Origin: Vicugna vicugna | Taxonomy: Eukaryota | Reading direction: 5' to 3' | DNA: 64,000 nucleotides | Assembly (NCBI GenBank): GCA_013265495.1 | Contig: MU061633.1 | Coordinates: forward strand, 2,220,073-2,284,072 | Part shown: in pieces, positions 1 to 11,395 of the stretch | Layout: each line of letters starts with the position of its first letter | Numbering within the stretch: position 1 is the first letter of the stretch | Notes under the pieces: generated by a model | What the model was told of the DNA's origin: nothing | Databases searched by the model: none | Seen by the model: only the letters and a program-made list of their open reading frames with translations | Position numbers and translations under genes: made by a program

Positions 1-600
1 TATGTAATACGCACCGTGGCTGATGATAAGGATAACGTAATAAAATATGGACTCTCTGTACTCTTGGAACTAACAGTCAAATGGAGGAGACAGACATTTC
101 TAAATATTAACACGAAACAACACACCTCTAAAATGACAAATTATGGTAAATCTATGAAGGAAAGGGGACCCTCATCTAGTCTTAAGGATAAGGAAATGTC
201 TTTCTTTAGGAAGTAACACTTGGGCTAAGAAATGAAGAATGAGTGAAAGCCAATAGGTTGAGGGTCAGGACAAGTGTTCCACAGAGAGGGAACAGACTGG
301 GTAGAGGCTCTAAAGTCAGGAGGAAATGAGAAGAGGCCAGTGTGGCTGAAGTTTGGGGAGTAAGGACAGAGTAAGATAAGCCTGGAGGAGACTCAGAAGT
401 TCATGCTAGGAATTCTGTTAGTTACCTTGGGAATTGTGGGAAGCCACTGAAGGGTGGTAAGTTAGGGGGTATGAGGTTATATTTGCCGTTTGAGATTGCT
501 CTATCCACGGTATATAGATCAGAAGGGCAAAGGCAGAAATGTTTTGCTTAGTGTGAAAGAGTTTTGATGCAGTTCAAGTCGTAAGTGACTAGGATAAAGG
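1..600 (-). mobile_element. L2 LINE 3' region, highly diverged
   Basis: Reverse-strand L2 motifs: ctcttggaactaacagtcaaatggaggagacagac, gaggccagtgtggctgaag, gggaagccactgaaggg. Confidence 0.7.
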
Positions 601-1066
601 CCAAGGATATAGACATATCTCACCCAACTGGAAAAAATGTAGATGACCTAAGTAACGACAGGTGCTACAATAAAGGTGAACACCCAGTTCTCAAAGCGCA
701 CCAAGGAAGGGGGTTAAGGATGAGAGATTTTCTAAGATCACCCAGCCAGTGGGTAGCGAAGGTCATCTTTTCATCTGCTCATCCTTTCCCTCTGCCCCTC
801 AGCCCTCTGTGCAGTTTTACCACAACTCTGCTGTTCTCTGCCCTTCCAGCTCCAGCCCTTGCATGAAGTGCTCCCTGCCTCTGTGGGCCACAACAATCCA
901 TCCTCCTTTTCTCAAGGCTCTTGAGTGGCACTCAGAGCCCTGCTCTGCAAAGTTGGACACACATCTTTGTTTCAACCCCTGGGTCCATCTGAGCCTCGGC
1001 TTCAGATAAAAATAAAAGGAATCAACTCAGTCATGAGATCCACCCTTGTGAAGACTAAGAAGGCAG

Positions 1067-1099
1067 AAAAAAAAAAAAGAAAAAGAAAAAAAGAAAAAA
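1067..1099. repeat. A-rich low-complexity tract
   Basis: A runs interrupted by single G; no attached retroposon body recognised. Confidence 0.85.
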
Positions 1100-1449
1100 C
1101 CCTTTAGGTCACACAATAGAAAGCAATAGCCAAGGAAACAATTTCAAGCATTTCCCTGGACAACATCCACTGAGACTTCACTCAGCCAATGCTCACAAGG
1201 CACAACAATGGCCATGTGCCGGGCAGTGTACTTGGACATGAATTTTTATTGAACTGTATTAAACTTCTCTATAATGTGGGTATTATTCATCTCAATTGTT
1301 TTCAGAGGGAAAAAGTGAGCATTTCTCTCTTTCTTCCACTAGATCATAAATCCATGAAGGCATGGATTTGATCCTTGTGTTTATCCCAGAGAAATATTAT
1401 CTCTAGCACAAAATAGGTGCCCAATTCATAGCTGTGAATAAGGATAGGC

Positions 1450-1560
1450 CAATTAAATAAACTGCTCAAGACTATAGAGCTTTTAAGTGGGATTAGGAAG
1501 GGATTCCCATCCAGGTCTGTTTGACCCCAAACTTCACAGTCCTTTCATTACACTACACCG
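1450..1560 (-). mobile_element. MIR SINE fragment
   Basis: ccaggtctgtttgaccccaaa...cattacactacac resembles the reverse MIR 5' half. Confidence 0.55.
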
Positions 1561-1604
1561 TCTCAGACTAGAGGCAGGAAGAGACCCACTGGAATATCTA
1601 GTTC

Positions 1605-1735
1605 CAGCCCATCTTAGTTTACCGAGTTGAAACTGAGACCCAGATAGGAAGTAACTTACTCAGGATGTCCCTTGACATTAGCACCAGATCTGGCCTGACA
1701 GTCCAGGTCTCCTGGCTCCAGTCACTTTGTCCTTC
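1605..1735 (-). mobile_element. MIR SINE fragment
   Basis: gaaactgagacccagataggaagtaacttactcagg matches the reverse MIR core. Confidence 0.65.
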
Positions 1736-2141
1736 CTTCCACCCAACCTCTTAGGAAAGATGGAGAAGTCCAGGTGGTGCAAGGACCAAGAGCAAAAGTC
1801 CCAGAGTCAACAGACACAAGCTAGAATCCAAGCATCTCCCTTCTGAAATCTGTGATCTTGGATAGATTTTTTTCTTAAGACTCAATCTGTACAGTGGGTT
1901 TTTTTTTAAAAAAAAAAAACATTTTTATTGAGTTAGTCATTTTACAATGTTGTGTCAAATTCCAGTGTAGAGCACAATTTTTCAGTTATACACAAACACA
2001 CATATATTCATTGTCATATTTTTTTTCACTGTGAGCTACCACAAAATCTTGTATATATTTCCCTGTGCTATACAGTATAATCTTGTTTATCTATTCTATA
2101 TATGCCTGTCATTATCTACAAATTTTGAAATCCTAGTCTGT

Positions 2142-2163
2142 CCCTTCCCACCCCCCCACCCCC
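2142..2163 (-). other. G-quadruplex motif in the L1 3' UTR
   Basis: Minus strand reads G5-T-G7-T-G3-AA-G3; G4 motifs in L1 3' UTRs are established. Confidence 0.6.
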
Positions 2164-2334
2164 TAGGCAACCACAAGTTTGTATTCTATGTCTATGAGTC
2201 TGTTCCTGTTTTGTATTTATGTTCTTTTTTTTTTAAATTACACATATGAGCGATCTCATACGGTATTTTTCTTTCTCTTTCTGGCTTACTTCATCTAGAA
2301 TGACATTCTCCAGGAACATCCATTTTGCTGCAAA

Positions 2335-2490
2335 NNNNNNNNNNNNNNNNNNNNNNNNNNNNNNNNNNNNNNNNNNNNNNNNNNNNNNNNNNNNNNNNNN
2401 NNNNNNNNNNNNNNNNNNNNNNNNNNNNNNNNNNNNNNNNNNNNNNNNNNNNNNNNNNNNNNNNNNNNNNNNNNNNNNNNNNNNNNNNNN
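2335..2490. other. Assembly gap, 156 N
   Basis: N run inside the L1. Confidence 1.
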
Positions 2491-2834
2491 TTTTTGAAGT
2501 AGGGTTCCTTCTGGATATATGCCCAGGAGTGGGATTCCTATGTCTATTCCTAGTCGTTTGAGGAATCTTCCATACTGTTTTCCACAGTGGCTGCACCAAA
2601 CTGCATTCCCACCATGTGTGTAGGAGGGTTCCCTTTTCTCCACAACCACTCCAGCTACAATAGGGTTTTTAGATGACACTTTATATCAAATAAATCTGTT
2701 GTGAAGATTCCATGAGCTAATCCAGTACGAGTGTTTGGGGCAATGTCCCACTGAAGAAAACACTCAGTAAATGTGAGCAGTCTTTTGTTTATGGTTGAAA
2801 TGGTATAATTACCAAAGCAGTTTACTTAGTTTTA

Positions 2835-2970
2835 ACAAATGTATCCTGGTGAGGTAAGACGTTAATAATGGGAGACACTGGATGAAGGGTGTATGGGAAC
2901 CTTCTGTATTATCTTTGTAATTTTTCTTTAAATCCAAAACTATTCTAAAATTAAAAGTTTATATTAAAAA
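2835..2970 (+). mobile_element. Old L1M 3' end fragment
   Basis: gacgttaataatgggagacactggatgaagggtgtatgggaaccttctgtattatctttgtaattt is a typical L1MB/MC 3' terminus. Confidence 0.7.
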
Positions 2971-3791
2971 GGACGTCATGTTGGAGTATGAGAATAGTTG
3001 GTAAGGTACTGTGCTCTGTGAATTTCATTTGTATACAGTACTATCAATTTGTATATATTCACATTTATATGTATTATAAATATAAATTTTATATATGCAG
3101 TATATACATATTTTTTAAAAGGTTAAATGATTTCACTTTACAGATTAGGAAACTAAAACACAGTTCTGAAATACAAAACTGAATTCAGTTGTCCTATCTG
3201 AGTCGAGATATAAAAGTACATCTGTGCTACTCTTCTGTGTCCTAGAACTAATTCCAACTTGTATGTGTGTGTGCGGGGGGTGGGGGTGGGGGCTTCCCAC
3301 ACACCACCAAACAATTCTAGGACATCAGCCAGGTGTCCTACAATTCAACTCAATTCTGACACTACACACCTGGAGAGAGCATCAGTTCCCACAGTTCTGT
3401 GTTCCGTCCTGCAAAACTGCCCTCCGACACACACTTCAGATACCAGTTGCAAGTCCAGGTTGTTGCTGCACATCTGACTGCCTGGCTATAAACCAGAGGT
3501 TCCCACAACCCCCTACTCAGGGTCAGTTACTTTGCTAGAGCAGCTTATAGAACTCTCCAAGAAATATTTTAGTTACCAGAGCATCGTTTATTGTAAAAGG
3601 ATGTAACTCAGAAGTGGCCAGGTGGAAGAGATGCATGAAATAAGGTAAGGGGAAAGGATACAGAACATCTATGTATGTTTTCTCCAGGAGTGCCACCCTC
3701 CCTGCACCTCCAGCTGTTCACCAATCCAGGAGGTCTCTGAACCTTGCCCTTTCGGGTTTTTATGGAGGCTTTAGTTACATGGCATGACATG

Positions 3792-4738
3792 TGTCCACTA
3801 AAAGAAAAGTGCACAACATAAGAGCTATGAGTTGAGTTCTATTCAAGGTCTTACTGAGAACTAGAGCCTGGGAAACAGTCTCTCAGTAGCTCTGATAGAA
3901 CCGCTCTGAAGAGGTCAGGGTACAGGCCAGCATGTGAACTAAAGAAAGTCCCTATCCACCCAGTTCTACAAGAATTAAGTCATTAGCCACTGCAGTTGTT
4001 GACCTTCAGTACACTCTGAAAGGAATTCAGAGCCGAGATCAGGAATGAGGTGCTGTGTGCTCTGGGAAACCTGGCAGAACAACCCTTCAGATAGTAGACA
4101 TTTTCCAGAGTATTTTATGAACCTGGATTCTTGCATCTTCCTGTACTTAGAAAAGCACTAAACTAAGGAAAGCACTGACTAATCATTAAGATATCTGTCC
4201 CTCATGACTAGCAGCAACATTCTACCAAGATGTGTCTTCATTACACAGCCCCTTCAGCAAAATCACATAACATACTGACATCCCTCCTTACCTCCTTGAA
4301 ACAATTGCTCAGAGCTCTCTGAGATGCCGTCTCCCCTGCTATAGTCCTCAGTAAGACACTGAATAAACTACTCACAGCTCTTACACCATGCTTTTTTTCA
4401 AGTTGACAAATACATGCGTGTGTGTTTTATATATGTGATTTTGGCTAAGGAATACATGCAGTCAAGTATACATCTTGGTCAAAGGTTACCACTAGTCACA
4501 AGGAACAGGCATCTCAGTTACTATCATTTCAGTGCATTTTCTGTGTATGGGAAGATTCAAGAAGCTGGGTTCGTTAGTATTTTTCCTGATATATCTCTAC
4601 CTAAGGGGCCTGTTTTTCCAAGCACACAGTGCCTCAACCTGTTTTTTTATCCTGAATTCCTTTCAGGGTCAGCAATTGCAGCAGCTAATGACTTAATCCT
4701 TGTAGAACTGGATGGTGAGCAATATTCTCTGTTGTACA
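3792..4738 (-). mobile_element. ERV1-type solo LTR, family not named (parts 3792-3932 and 4409-4738)
   Basis: Begins tgtccact, ends ttgtaca, perfect 4-bp TSD catg (3788-3791 / 4739-4742); homologous to 18306-18733. Confidence 0.85.
3933..4408 (+). mobile_element. ERV1-type solo LTR of the same family, inserted in the opposite orientation
   Basis: tgtgaact...agttgaca termini; AATAAA at 4362-4367; its reverse complement aligns to 3792-3932 and 4430-4738; TSD poor (agca / aata). Confidence 0.85.
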
Positions 4739-5627
4739 CATGATTGATTAAATCATTGCCCATTGGTGATTGGCTGGACCCTCAGCCCTTCTTCTCTCCC
4801 CAGAAGTCAGGGGGTTGATATTGAAAGTTGCAACCCTCTGAACACATGGTTGTTTCCTCTGGTGACCAACCGCCATTCTCAGGTGATCTAGGAGCATTCC
4901 AAAAGTCACCTCATGAACATAACAAGACACCATTATTGCTCTCATCACTTAGAAAATTTCAAAGATTTTAGGAGCTCTTGTACCAGAAATGGGGATGAAA
5001 ATCAAATATATATATTTCTTATTATAAATAATAATACACACTCCAAAGTAGTGTTCTTTTGTTTCTAATGAGGGTTCATTCTTTGCTATGTTCTAAAAAA
5101 AATGGAGACCAGGAGAGTTATGTCAAATGGAAGACATACAAATGGAAGAAGACAAGGAGAAGCATCTTTCCCCCAAAGTCTCAAACGCACATTTTGAACA
5201 TACTTTAAGTACTTCTGTCTTCTCCCTAGTATTAGTCATGTGTATACAAATTGCTTCCCAATGTAGATCATGAGCTGCTGTATGGCAGAGATTATGAATC
5301 GTCCCACCCAAGCATGGTTCCCAACCAGCAGACAGCATTATGTGATCGTAAAAACTAATCCCTACAGTCAGACTCAAACATTTGCATCTGACCTTTCCCG
5401 TATACTGGGCTTATAATTTCGATCTACTTAATCTCTCCAAACTTCAGTTTTCTCACTTGGGGAGCAGATTATATATTTTCTGAGCTGCTCTGAATACCAA
5501 CTGACACCATCTCTATAAAAATGTCTAGAACATAATAAGTATTAGTTTAACATTAGTTCCCTTTTACTCTTTCTCTTCCATTTCAACAAACACTTCTTCA
5601 CTAGAGGTATCCTGCTTTTAAATAGAT

Positions 5628-5745
5628 GAGCCTCAGTTTCCTCACCTATGCAAAAAGCTAATAATCGTTCTAAGTGTTGTCAAGCCAGTTAAAAAGAGGA
5701 GTGGATTAAGCGCTTAGCAAAGTGCCTGGCACAACAACACGGAGC
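5628..5745 (+). mobile_element. MIR SINE fragment
   Basis: gagcctcagtttcctcacct...aagcgcttagcaaagtgcctggcac. Confidence 0.75.
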
Positions 5746-6647
5746 AGAACGAGTCTTTGCAGTAACAGAGGTTAGCCACTTAGGTGGTGGTGTTGTTACT
5801 AGTCTAGAGAACGAGGAGGGAAGGCTGTCTACCTAGAAGGGCTCAAGTCTGCAGGTCTTAACATTCAGTTAATCCAAAGCAGTGTGAGCGGTTTTGCCTG
5901 TAAGGTACAGAGTACACATCTCTTTAATCACATCTGCTTCTTAATGTCCTAATGGGCAGACTATCAGGACCATGAATGTCTGCAACGTACTTTATGTTCA
6001 TGTTAGCAGAGGCCAGACATGAGTGCATTTTTAACAAACCCAATCAACAAATATAATCATATCCATTCCAGAAATGTCCAAGTCATTAGCCTGTTAAAAA
6101 AACCGTAAGACAGAATGTCATGTCTTGTAGAGTCAAAAGGTAGAAATTTGGGCTGCTGTCTCTTCAGCAAAAGAGAGGGTTGTGCATTTAAAGTTCATAA
6201 CTTGCAATGAAACCTTCTCCCATAGAAACATAGCAAAAAAGTCACCTCAACTTTTGGAGCAAATGAAATATAAAAGAAGACTCCTATTTTTATAGTTTTG
6301 GGAGACAGAGGAAGCCCATAATGTAAAAACTTGAATCCTTGAAGACAAAGTATGTAAAAGGGAAAAGGAATGTCTCATGAGAGCATTTAGACTGATGATC
6401 CCTTTCAAATACTCCATAGCAAAGGCTGGCAGTGCATTTGAGCAGCAATTCTTTAAAAGATCAAGGTGATTCCATGAAGTATATTTATATCAATTCAGGA
6501 TGTAAAAGCCAGTACGGGAGACAAAGCTAAACCATACTGATGCTTTAGGGGAAAAATATACTTGGCTCTCTGAAGTCAGAATTCCCCAGAAAATACTGGC
6601 TATGAAATCATACCACTGGGCATAGCCAACTAACAACGTTGACGATA

Positions 6648-6988
6648 CAGGTCAAAACCCCCAGTCACAATTCAAAATCCCAAAGGCTGTGAAAACTCAA
6701 AGTATTTTTGTAGTTTATTGCAGACTCTTGATAACTAAATTTGGTGTGAGGCTGTTCATAATATATCTTACTCTCACTTAGAATGAGTCTTTATGCATTT
6801 CTCTAAAGAAAACTTAACATTTTTGGTTAAAGAGAGCTGTCCCAGATCCTTCTGGGATAGTTAAAACACACACACACACACGCATATACACACAATATTG
6901 GAATTATATTACCTTGTTAAAAATTAAAAATCTCTGAATTCAAAGAAAATTCTGGTCCCATGGGCTTCAGATTAGGAATGGCGGTCCT
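6648..6988. mobile_element. TcMar-Tigger-type non-autonomous DNA transposon
   Basis: TA then caggtc at the left end; internal ccagatccttctggg and aaatctctgaattc...ctggtcccatgggcttcagattagg; subfamily not named. Confidence 0.6.
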
Positions 6989-7094
6989 TAAACAACATCT
7001 GTTCATGTGAGCTCCTATGGTATATGTTCAAGAAATGGTTATTTTCTTATTGTGTGTATTATCTTGTTAAATACTCAGAGTCAGGCGTTTGAAG

Positions 7095-7200
7095 TTGCTA
7101 GTTATGTAGCCCTATTTGCAGATCTGGAAACTGGGGCTCAGAGCTAATAACTTTTAAAAAGAGATTCTTAGTTCAAATGCCATGTTCTTTACCTTTATCT
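7095..7200 (-). mobile_element. MIR SINE fragment
   Basis: ccctatttgcagatctggaaactggggctcagag. Confidence 0.65.
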
Positions 7201-7392
7201 ACTGTATTGTATACATGCCATTTAGACGTACTATATGAAACTCACTTAAGAAATAACTTTCTTCCCTTTCTCTTCCACTAAACTGTTGGTCAGTATTTTT
7301 TGTTTGCTTGTTTAGCTGCAGCTATTAAAGATTTGCAACCAGCAAAGGATTATTTGAAGATGAAAGCTGGAGACTGCTGCTTAAAACTAGGC

Positions 7393-7585
7393 AACGGTGT
7401 GATGGGAACCTGGCTAACTTTGGTGGGGTGGGGAAGAGCCTGATTTGTAGCGTTTACTAATTTCTAGGGTGTAAATGCTCCTTCTATGGCTGATTTCAAG
7501 CTGCTAGGATGTTCACAACTAGCTCACAAAATTCCTCAATACGTAAAAATTGGTTAGCATCTGTTTACCTGGTTCTACCTATTCC
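7393..7585 (-). mobile_element. MER63 (hAT-Blackjack) fragment
   Basis: gcctgatttgtagcgtttactaatttctagggtgtaaatgctcc...gatttcaagct...ctcacaaaattcc. Confidence 0.7.
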
Positions 7586-7929
7586 TTCCATCAACCATAC
7601 AAGGCGTCTTGGCTTCCCAGATATTATCCAAGTAGACCCTTTTGGAAATCCAAAACTATCTAGACCCAGGAAGACTGTCCTGAGCTCTCACACCCATCTT
7701 ATTTTCTCAGTCCGTGTCACTGGAGGGACTGTACACATCTGTATGCCCTCCAGGGTATTATGGTTTAGTTCCTCCAAGAAGAAAAGGAGGGCAGCCTTAC
7801 CATCAGGTGAGTTCTCTTAGAACTGGCCCTGCTGTTCCGGGATGAATTACCCTTTCTATCTGCCCTCTGGGGGAAACAGAAGAGACATTATATAAGCAAG
7901 GCCAAATATACTCACATATTGCCCTTTGC

Positions 7930-8150
7930 GCTCCCATCATTTACTCAGTAAGAATTTACTGACCACCTATCCTGTCCTGGACACCATGCTAGGCTCTTGG
8001 GACACAAAGCTGAATACTACCTTGCCTGTTACTCAAGGAATGCACATTCTATCTGGAAGACAGTAAGCAAATAACGGCCAAAGGGATAAGCGTGTTAACA
8101 GAGATACTGCCCAGACTGGAGCACAGAACAGGCGTGCTCAGGGGGACACT
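7930..8150 (-). mobile_element. L2 3' end
   Basis: catttactcagtaagaatttactgaccacctatcctgtcctggacaccatgctaggctcttggg. Confidence 0.7.
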
Positions 8151-8959
8151 TGAGGCTTCAAAAAACAGAAGATGCTTGGTATGGATTTTCAGTGAAGAGA
8201 CATTATCCTTTCTATGGATGACCGTGGGAGCAGCATGGCGAGACAGGGCTTCCCTGCAGCAGGACGACGAAGGCACGTTAGCTCAGAGAATTGAAGTTCT
8301 GTGCAAATAGACTGGCATAAGAACAAGGAAGCAATGTTTTGTGTTTTAAAACTGTATTTTGTACACAGACTTTTGAGACTCAGTAAAATTTGGGCATATC
8401 TGTATCTCAGAATCTGGCGTGCTGCCTGGCATAATTTTCAATAATTGTTGAATAGAACAAATAATCATAAAAAATAGAGGTGTACCTCCATGTCCCAACA
8501 AATCAGGGGCATTTAAAAAAGTAAACAGGAGGGGGAAAAAAAGAAAAGTAAATAGGATATGTGAAATCACTCAATCCCAGACAGAAAAAAAGCGGATACT
8601 TCTGAAAGGAAGCAGTATTCAATTATGAGATCAACTGTGTGCCTGGAACTTGAAAATTATAGTTTAGATTCCCACATTCCTTATTTGGGCAGAAATTGCT
8701 TTATTTCCTGGGAAGGTCATGTTGAATTTATGGAAAATTCTGTGATCTAAATAACAGAAAAAAAACATTTTGTTAATATGTGCTAATTTTGGAAAAGTGA
8801 CTGTAACTTGGATAAGAATAGGTATCAGTTTTCTTGGGATAATTCTGTTCTACTGCTCTTATCCATCCTGATAAAAATACTAGTAGCATCACCTTTCCCA
8901 GGTGAAATACACCAGAAATTTCACATTTGTAATAATAAATGCCTTGCTAAAATTTCAAT

Positions 8960-9230
8960 TAATGGAATAATGAAAACGAAATGCAGTAGAAGGCTGTTCC
9001 TTAGAGTATTATTTGTAATATTTGAAAGTGAGAAGCAGCATAAACGTTCAACAGTGAAGAACTACTTAAAGTAATAATGAGCATCCCACCACGAATACCA
9101 TGTCACCATTAAAAATAATGACTTAGATCTATATTGATTTACATAGAAAGGTGCATGTAATACATTGTTAAACACTGAGAAAGGCAGCTTTCATAATAGT
9201 ATGTTTTGTTATTTAATTCTTCTAAATGAA
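8960..9230 (+). mobile_element. Old L1ME 3' fragment
   Basis: agtattatttgtaatatttgaaagtgagaagcagcataaacgttcaacag...cattaaaaataatgacttagatctatattg. Confidence 0.6.
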
Positions 9231-9274
9231 AAAGACAAAGGGAGAGTGAAAAAGAGAGACATTTGAAGGCAGTC

Positions 9275-9420
9275 ACAATTGTATTTAAACCTCTGCTCTT
9301 CCATTTCTGAGCTGAAGAGACCCAACCCAATTCATTAAGCCTTTCTGATCATGTTTCCTTTGCTATAAAATGAAGTAAAAATAATAGTTACCTCTTGCTG
9401 CTGTTCTGATGAAACGGTAT
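9275..9420 (+). mobile_element. MIR SINE fragment
   Basis: tttaaacctctgctcttcc...gtttcctttgctataaaatgaagtaaaaataatagttacctc. Confidence 0.6.
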
Positions 9421-9439
9421 ATTTAACGGATTTTGGCCC

Positions 9440-9662
9440 CAGTGGTTTTCAACCAGGGACAATTTTGGTCCCCAGAGGACGTCTGGCAATGTCTAGAGAT
9501 GTTACTGGTTGTTAGAGCTGGTGGTAGAGAGAGGGTGGTGCTACTGGCGTCTAAAGGGGGGAAGCTGGGGATGGGGTTAAACAGCCTGTGATGCACAGGG
9601 CAGCCCCCACAACAGAGAACTACCTGGCCCCAAAGATAAGTAGTGCTGCAATTGAAAAACTA
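9440..9662 (+). mobile_element. MER20 (hAT-Charlie) near full length
   Basis: cagtggttttcaacc 5' TIR, atttggcaatgtctagaga-like core, gcacagggcagcccccacaaca, ttgaaaaact 3' TIR. Confidence 0.9.
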
Positions 9663-10211
9663 TTTTAGACATAATAAGCACCCATAAATGTATACGAATG
9701 CCACTCTGCATTATAAGCTAACAGTGTTGACCATTCTATGGTGGGATCCAGTGTGTAGGCGTATGTGTGTGTGAGCGTGTCTTCAGTGTACTTGTCTTTA
9801 TGTTGTATTCTTATCTGTGTTGAATACAGATGGCTTGAGTACTGAAAAATAAACAGAATTAACATTTCAACACTAATTTTCAGTGTCAATATTTTAAATG
9901 GCAATAACTGTGGATAATATAAGTGGAAGCCCCTGGAAGTCAGAGATCAAATCTCATCTGCGAAGGGCGGGGTCCACAAAACACCAGGTGTCTGAAGGAA
10001 CCCACTGAGCTGAATTGAAACCCATCAAGCAGTAGTGAAAGCAGCAGTAGAGGGAGAGGAAGCTAGTTTATAGGACGAGGCCAGTTTTTGTTAGCACTCT
10101 AACAAAGTGCGTAGACTCATGTGAAATTAGCACATTACAAATATGTAAATTGTACTACAAACATCCTCCGTGGAAACAGTTTGTCAGCTAAACATTTGTC
10201 TTCTGCGACGT

Positions 10212-10247
10212 GCTCTCCCCAGCTGCCACGCTCTCCCCAGCTGCCAC
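10212..10247. repeat. Exact 18-bp tandem duplication (gctctccccagctgccac x2)
   Basis: Read directly: 10212-10229 equals 10230-10247. Confidence 0.95.
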
Positions 10248-11214
10248 ACCCATGTACCAAACAATCACACACATCATTTTCAAAGACTGAAAAAGCTAGA
10301 ATGTCTTTCTATAATAAACATCTTGAAGATAGAGTGTGTGTTTCTTTTGTACTTTTCCCCCTCATTCTACCGTGTCTGCTATTCTTTGCTGTGCAGTGGT
10401 TTGATATGATTTCAAATCCACTTGTTTATGACAAAAATCAAGTTGTATTTACAAGTGAAGTTGTTCTGATTTAAAGTGAAACTGTGTCAGTAGCCCAGCT
10501 GCTGAGGGCCGCTGTATGAATGTATGAAGTAAGAATGTATGAAGATGCAACCATCGCCAGGGGACACTCAGTCCGTAAATACCTAGTTTTAGGGACAGAC
10601 CAAGAGAGCTCAGTCTGGGCAAGGTGACTCTTTGCTGATCTAAATGGCTCTCTGAAGACCTTGGGGCATTAGCTCCTGCCTCGGCAAAGTGACTCTGCTC
10701 AGCAGGGGTGAAAACCATGCAGTGGCCCCTTCACGGAGATCATCTTGCTGCCAACACCAGAGCCTCTGTTCCTGAGCAATGTCTCTAGCAACGAGGGACT
10801 TCCGTTTTCGTACAGGCAGCTGGACATCAGCTCTCGGCTGCCTATGCGGTCTCCCCCGAGAACCGACTCACAGAAGGTAGCAGAGCTTAGTCGAACTAAA
10901 TTTGGGCTTTATTCCTTCCATCTCTCCTTGCCCAGAACAACAGCATGGTTAATTTATCATTGGCTTGGAGCACGATATTTCTGAATTGGCTTATTAAGAG
11001 ACATTATACTGTATGCTATTGGCTTGTGAAATTATTATAATTCCTTCAGGGAACCTGTGTTGAATAAAACTTTGGCCAAGACAATCTCAATCTCTGAGCA
11101 TAGTTTGCCCCCAGACAAAACACTCTTTCTAGTTCAATAATGTTGTTTCATTTTCTTGAATTATCTGCCCGAAAATATAAAGAAAAGAGAGTCTGTTCTT
11201 ATCCTGGAGAGTCC

Positions 11215-11395
11215 TTGAGAAACAGTGTTAACTTCTGAAAAGTTCTGCGAGATTGAACACCACCTCTGAAGCTCCATGTCCGTATCTGTAAGATGGGGAA
11301 CATAACACATGCTGTGGGGTGGCTCCGACAATCAAACGAGATGATGTTATGTAAAGTGAAATACATGTCATTGTCACTCAGTGAAAGGTGTTAGT
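11215..11395 (+). mobile_element. MIR SINE fragment
   Basis: ccgtatctgtaagatgggg...aatcaaacgagatgatgttatgtaaagtg. Confidence 0.6.

Larger units (their letters stand above)
1904..2655 (-). mobile_element. Young 5'-truncated L1 (ORF2 C-terminus plus 3' UTR), artiodactyl/camelid type
   Basis: Minus-strand translation [32 protein letters not shown]...GIPLLGIYPE and FAAKWMFLENVILDEVSQKEKEKY match the L1 ORF2 cysteine-rich end; AATAAA and A tail; approximate TSD tacagtgggttttt (1890-1903) / tacaatagggttttt (2656-2670). Confidence 0.95.
1772..2785 (+). mobile_element. MIR SINE split by an L1 insertion (MIR parts about 1772-1898 and 2670-2785)
   Basis: tgtgatcttgg...ctcaatctgtacagtggg on the left continues as tgttgtgaagattccatgagctaat...cactcagtaaatgtgagc on the right. 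Confidence 0.65.
3236..5040 (-). mobile_element. MER21-like LTR (host parts 3236-3791 and 4743-5040), interrupted by nested LTRs
   Basis: caattcaactcaattctgacacta, gaggttcccacaaccccct and tgattgattaaatcattg match reverse MER21; TG/CA ends; 4-bp flanks cttc / ctcc. Confidence 0.85.

Noticed and set aside
1011-1099. AATAAA plus A-tract as a processed pseudogene or transcript 3' end
   Set aside because: The signal is about 50 nt from the A-run, with no TSD or recognisable mRNA body
2233-2679. 148-aa and neighbouring ORFs spanning N-gaps (also 41622-43011)
   Set aside because: Length inflated by X residues; they are decayed L1 ORF2 pieces, not genes
3275-3292. G-rich run as a canonical G-quadruplex
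   Set aside because: Only three G-tracts, and it lies in a simple-repeat part of the MER21-like LTR
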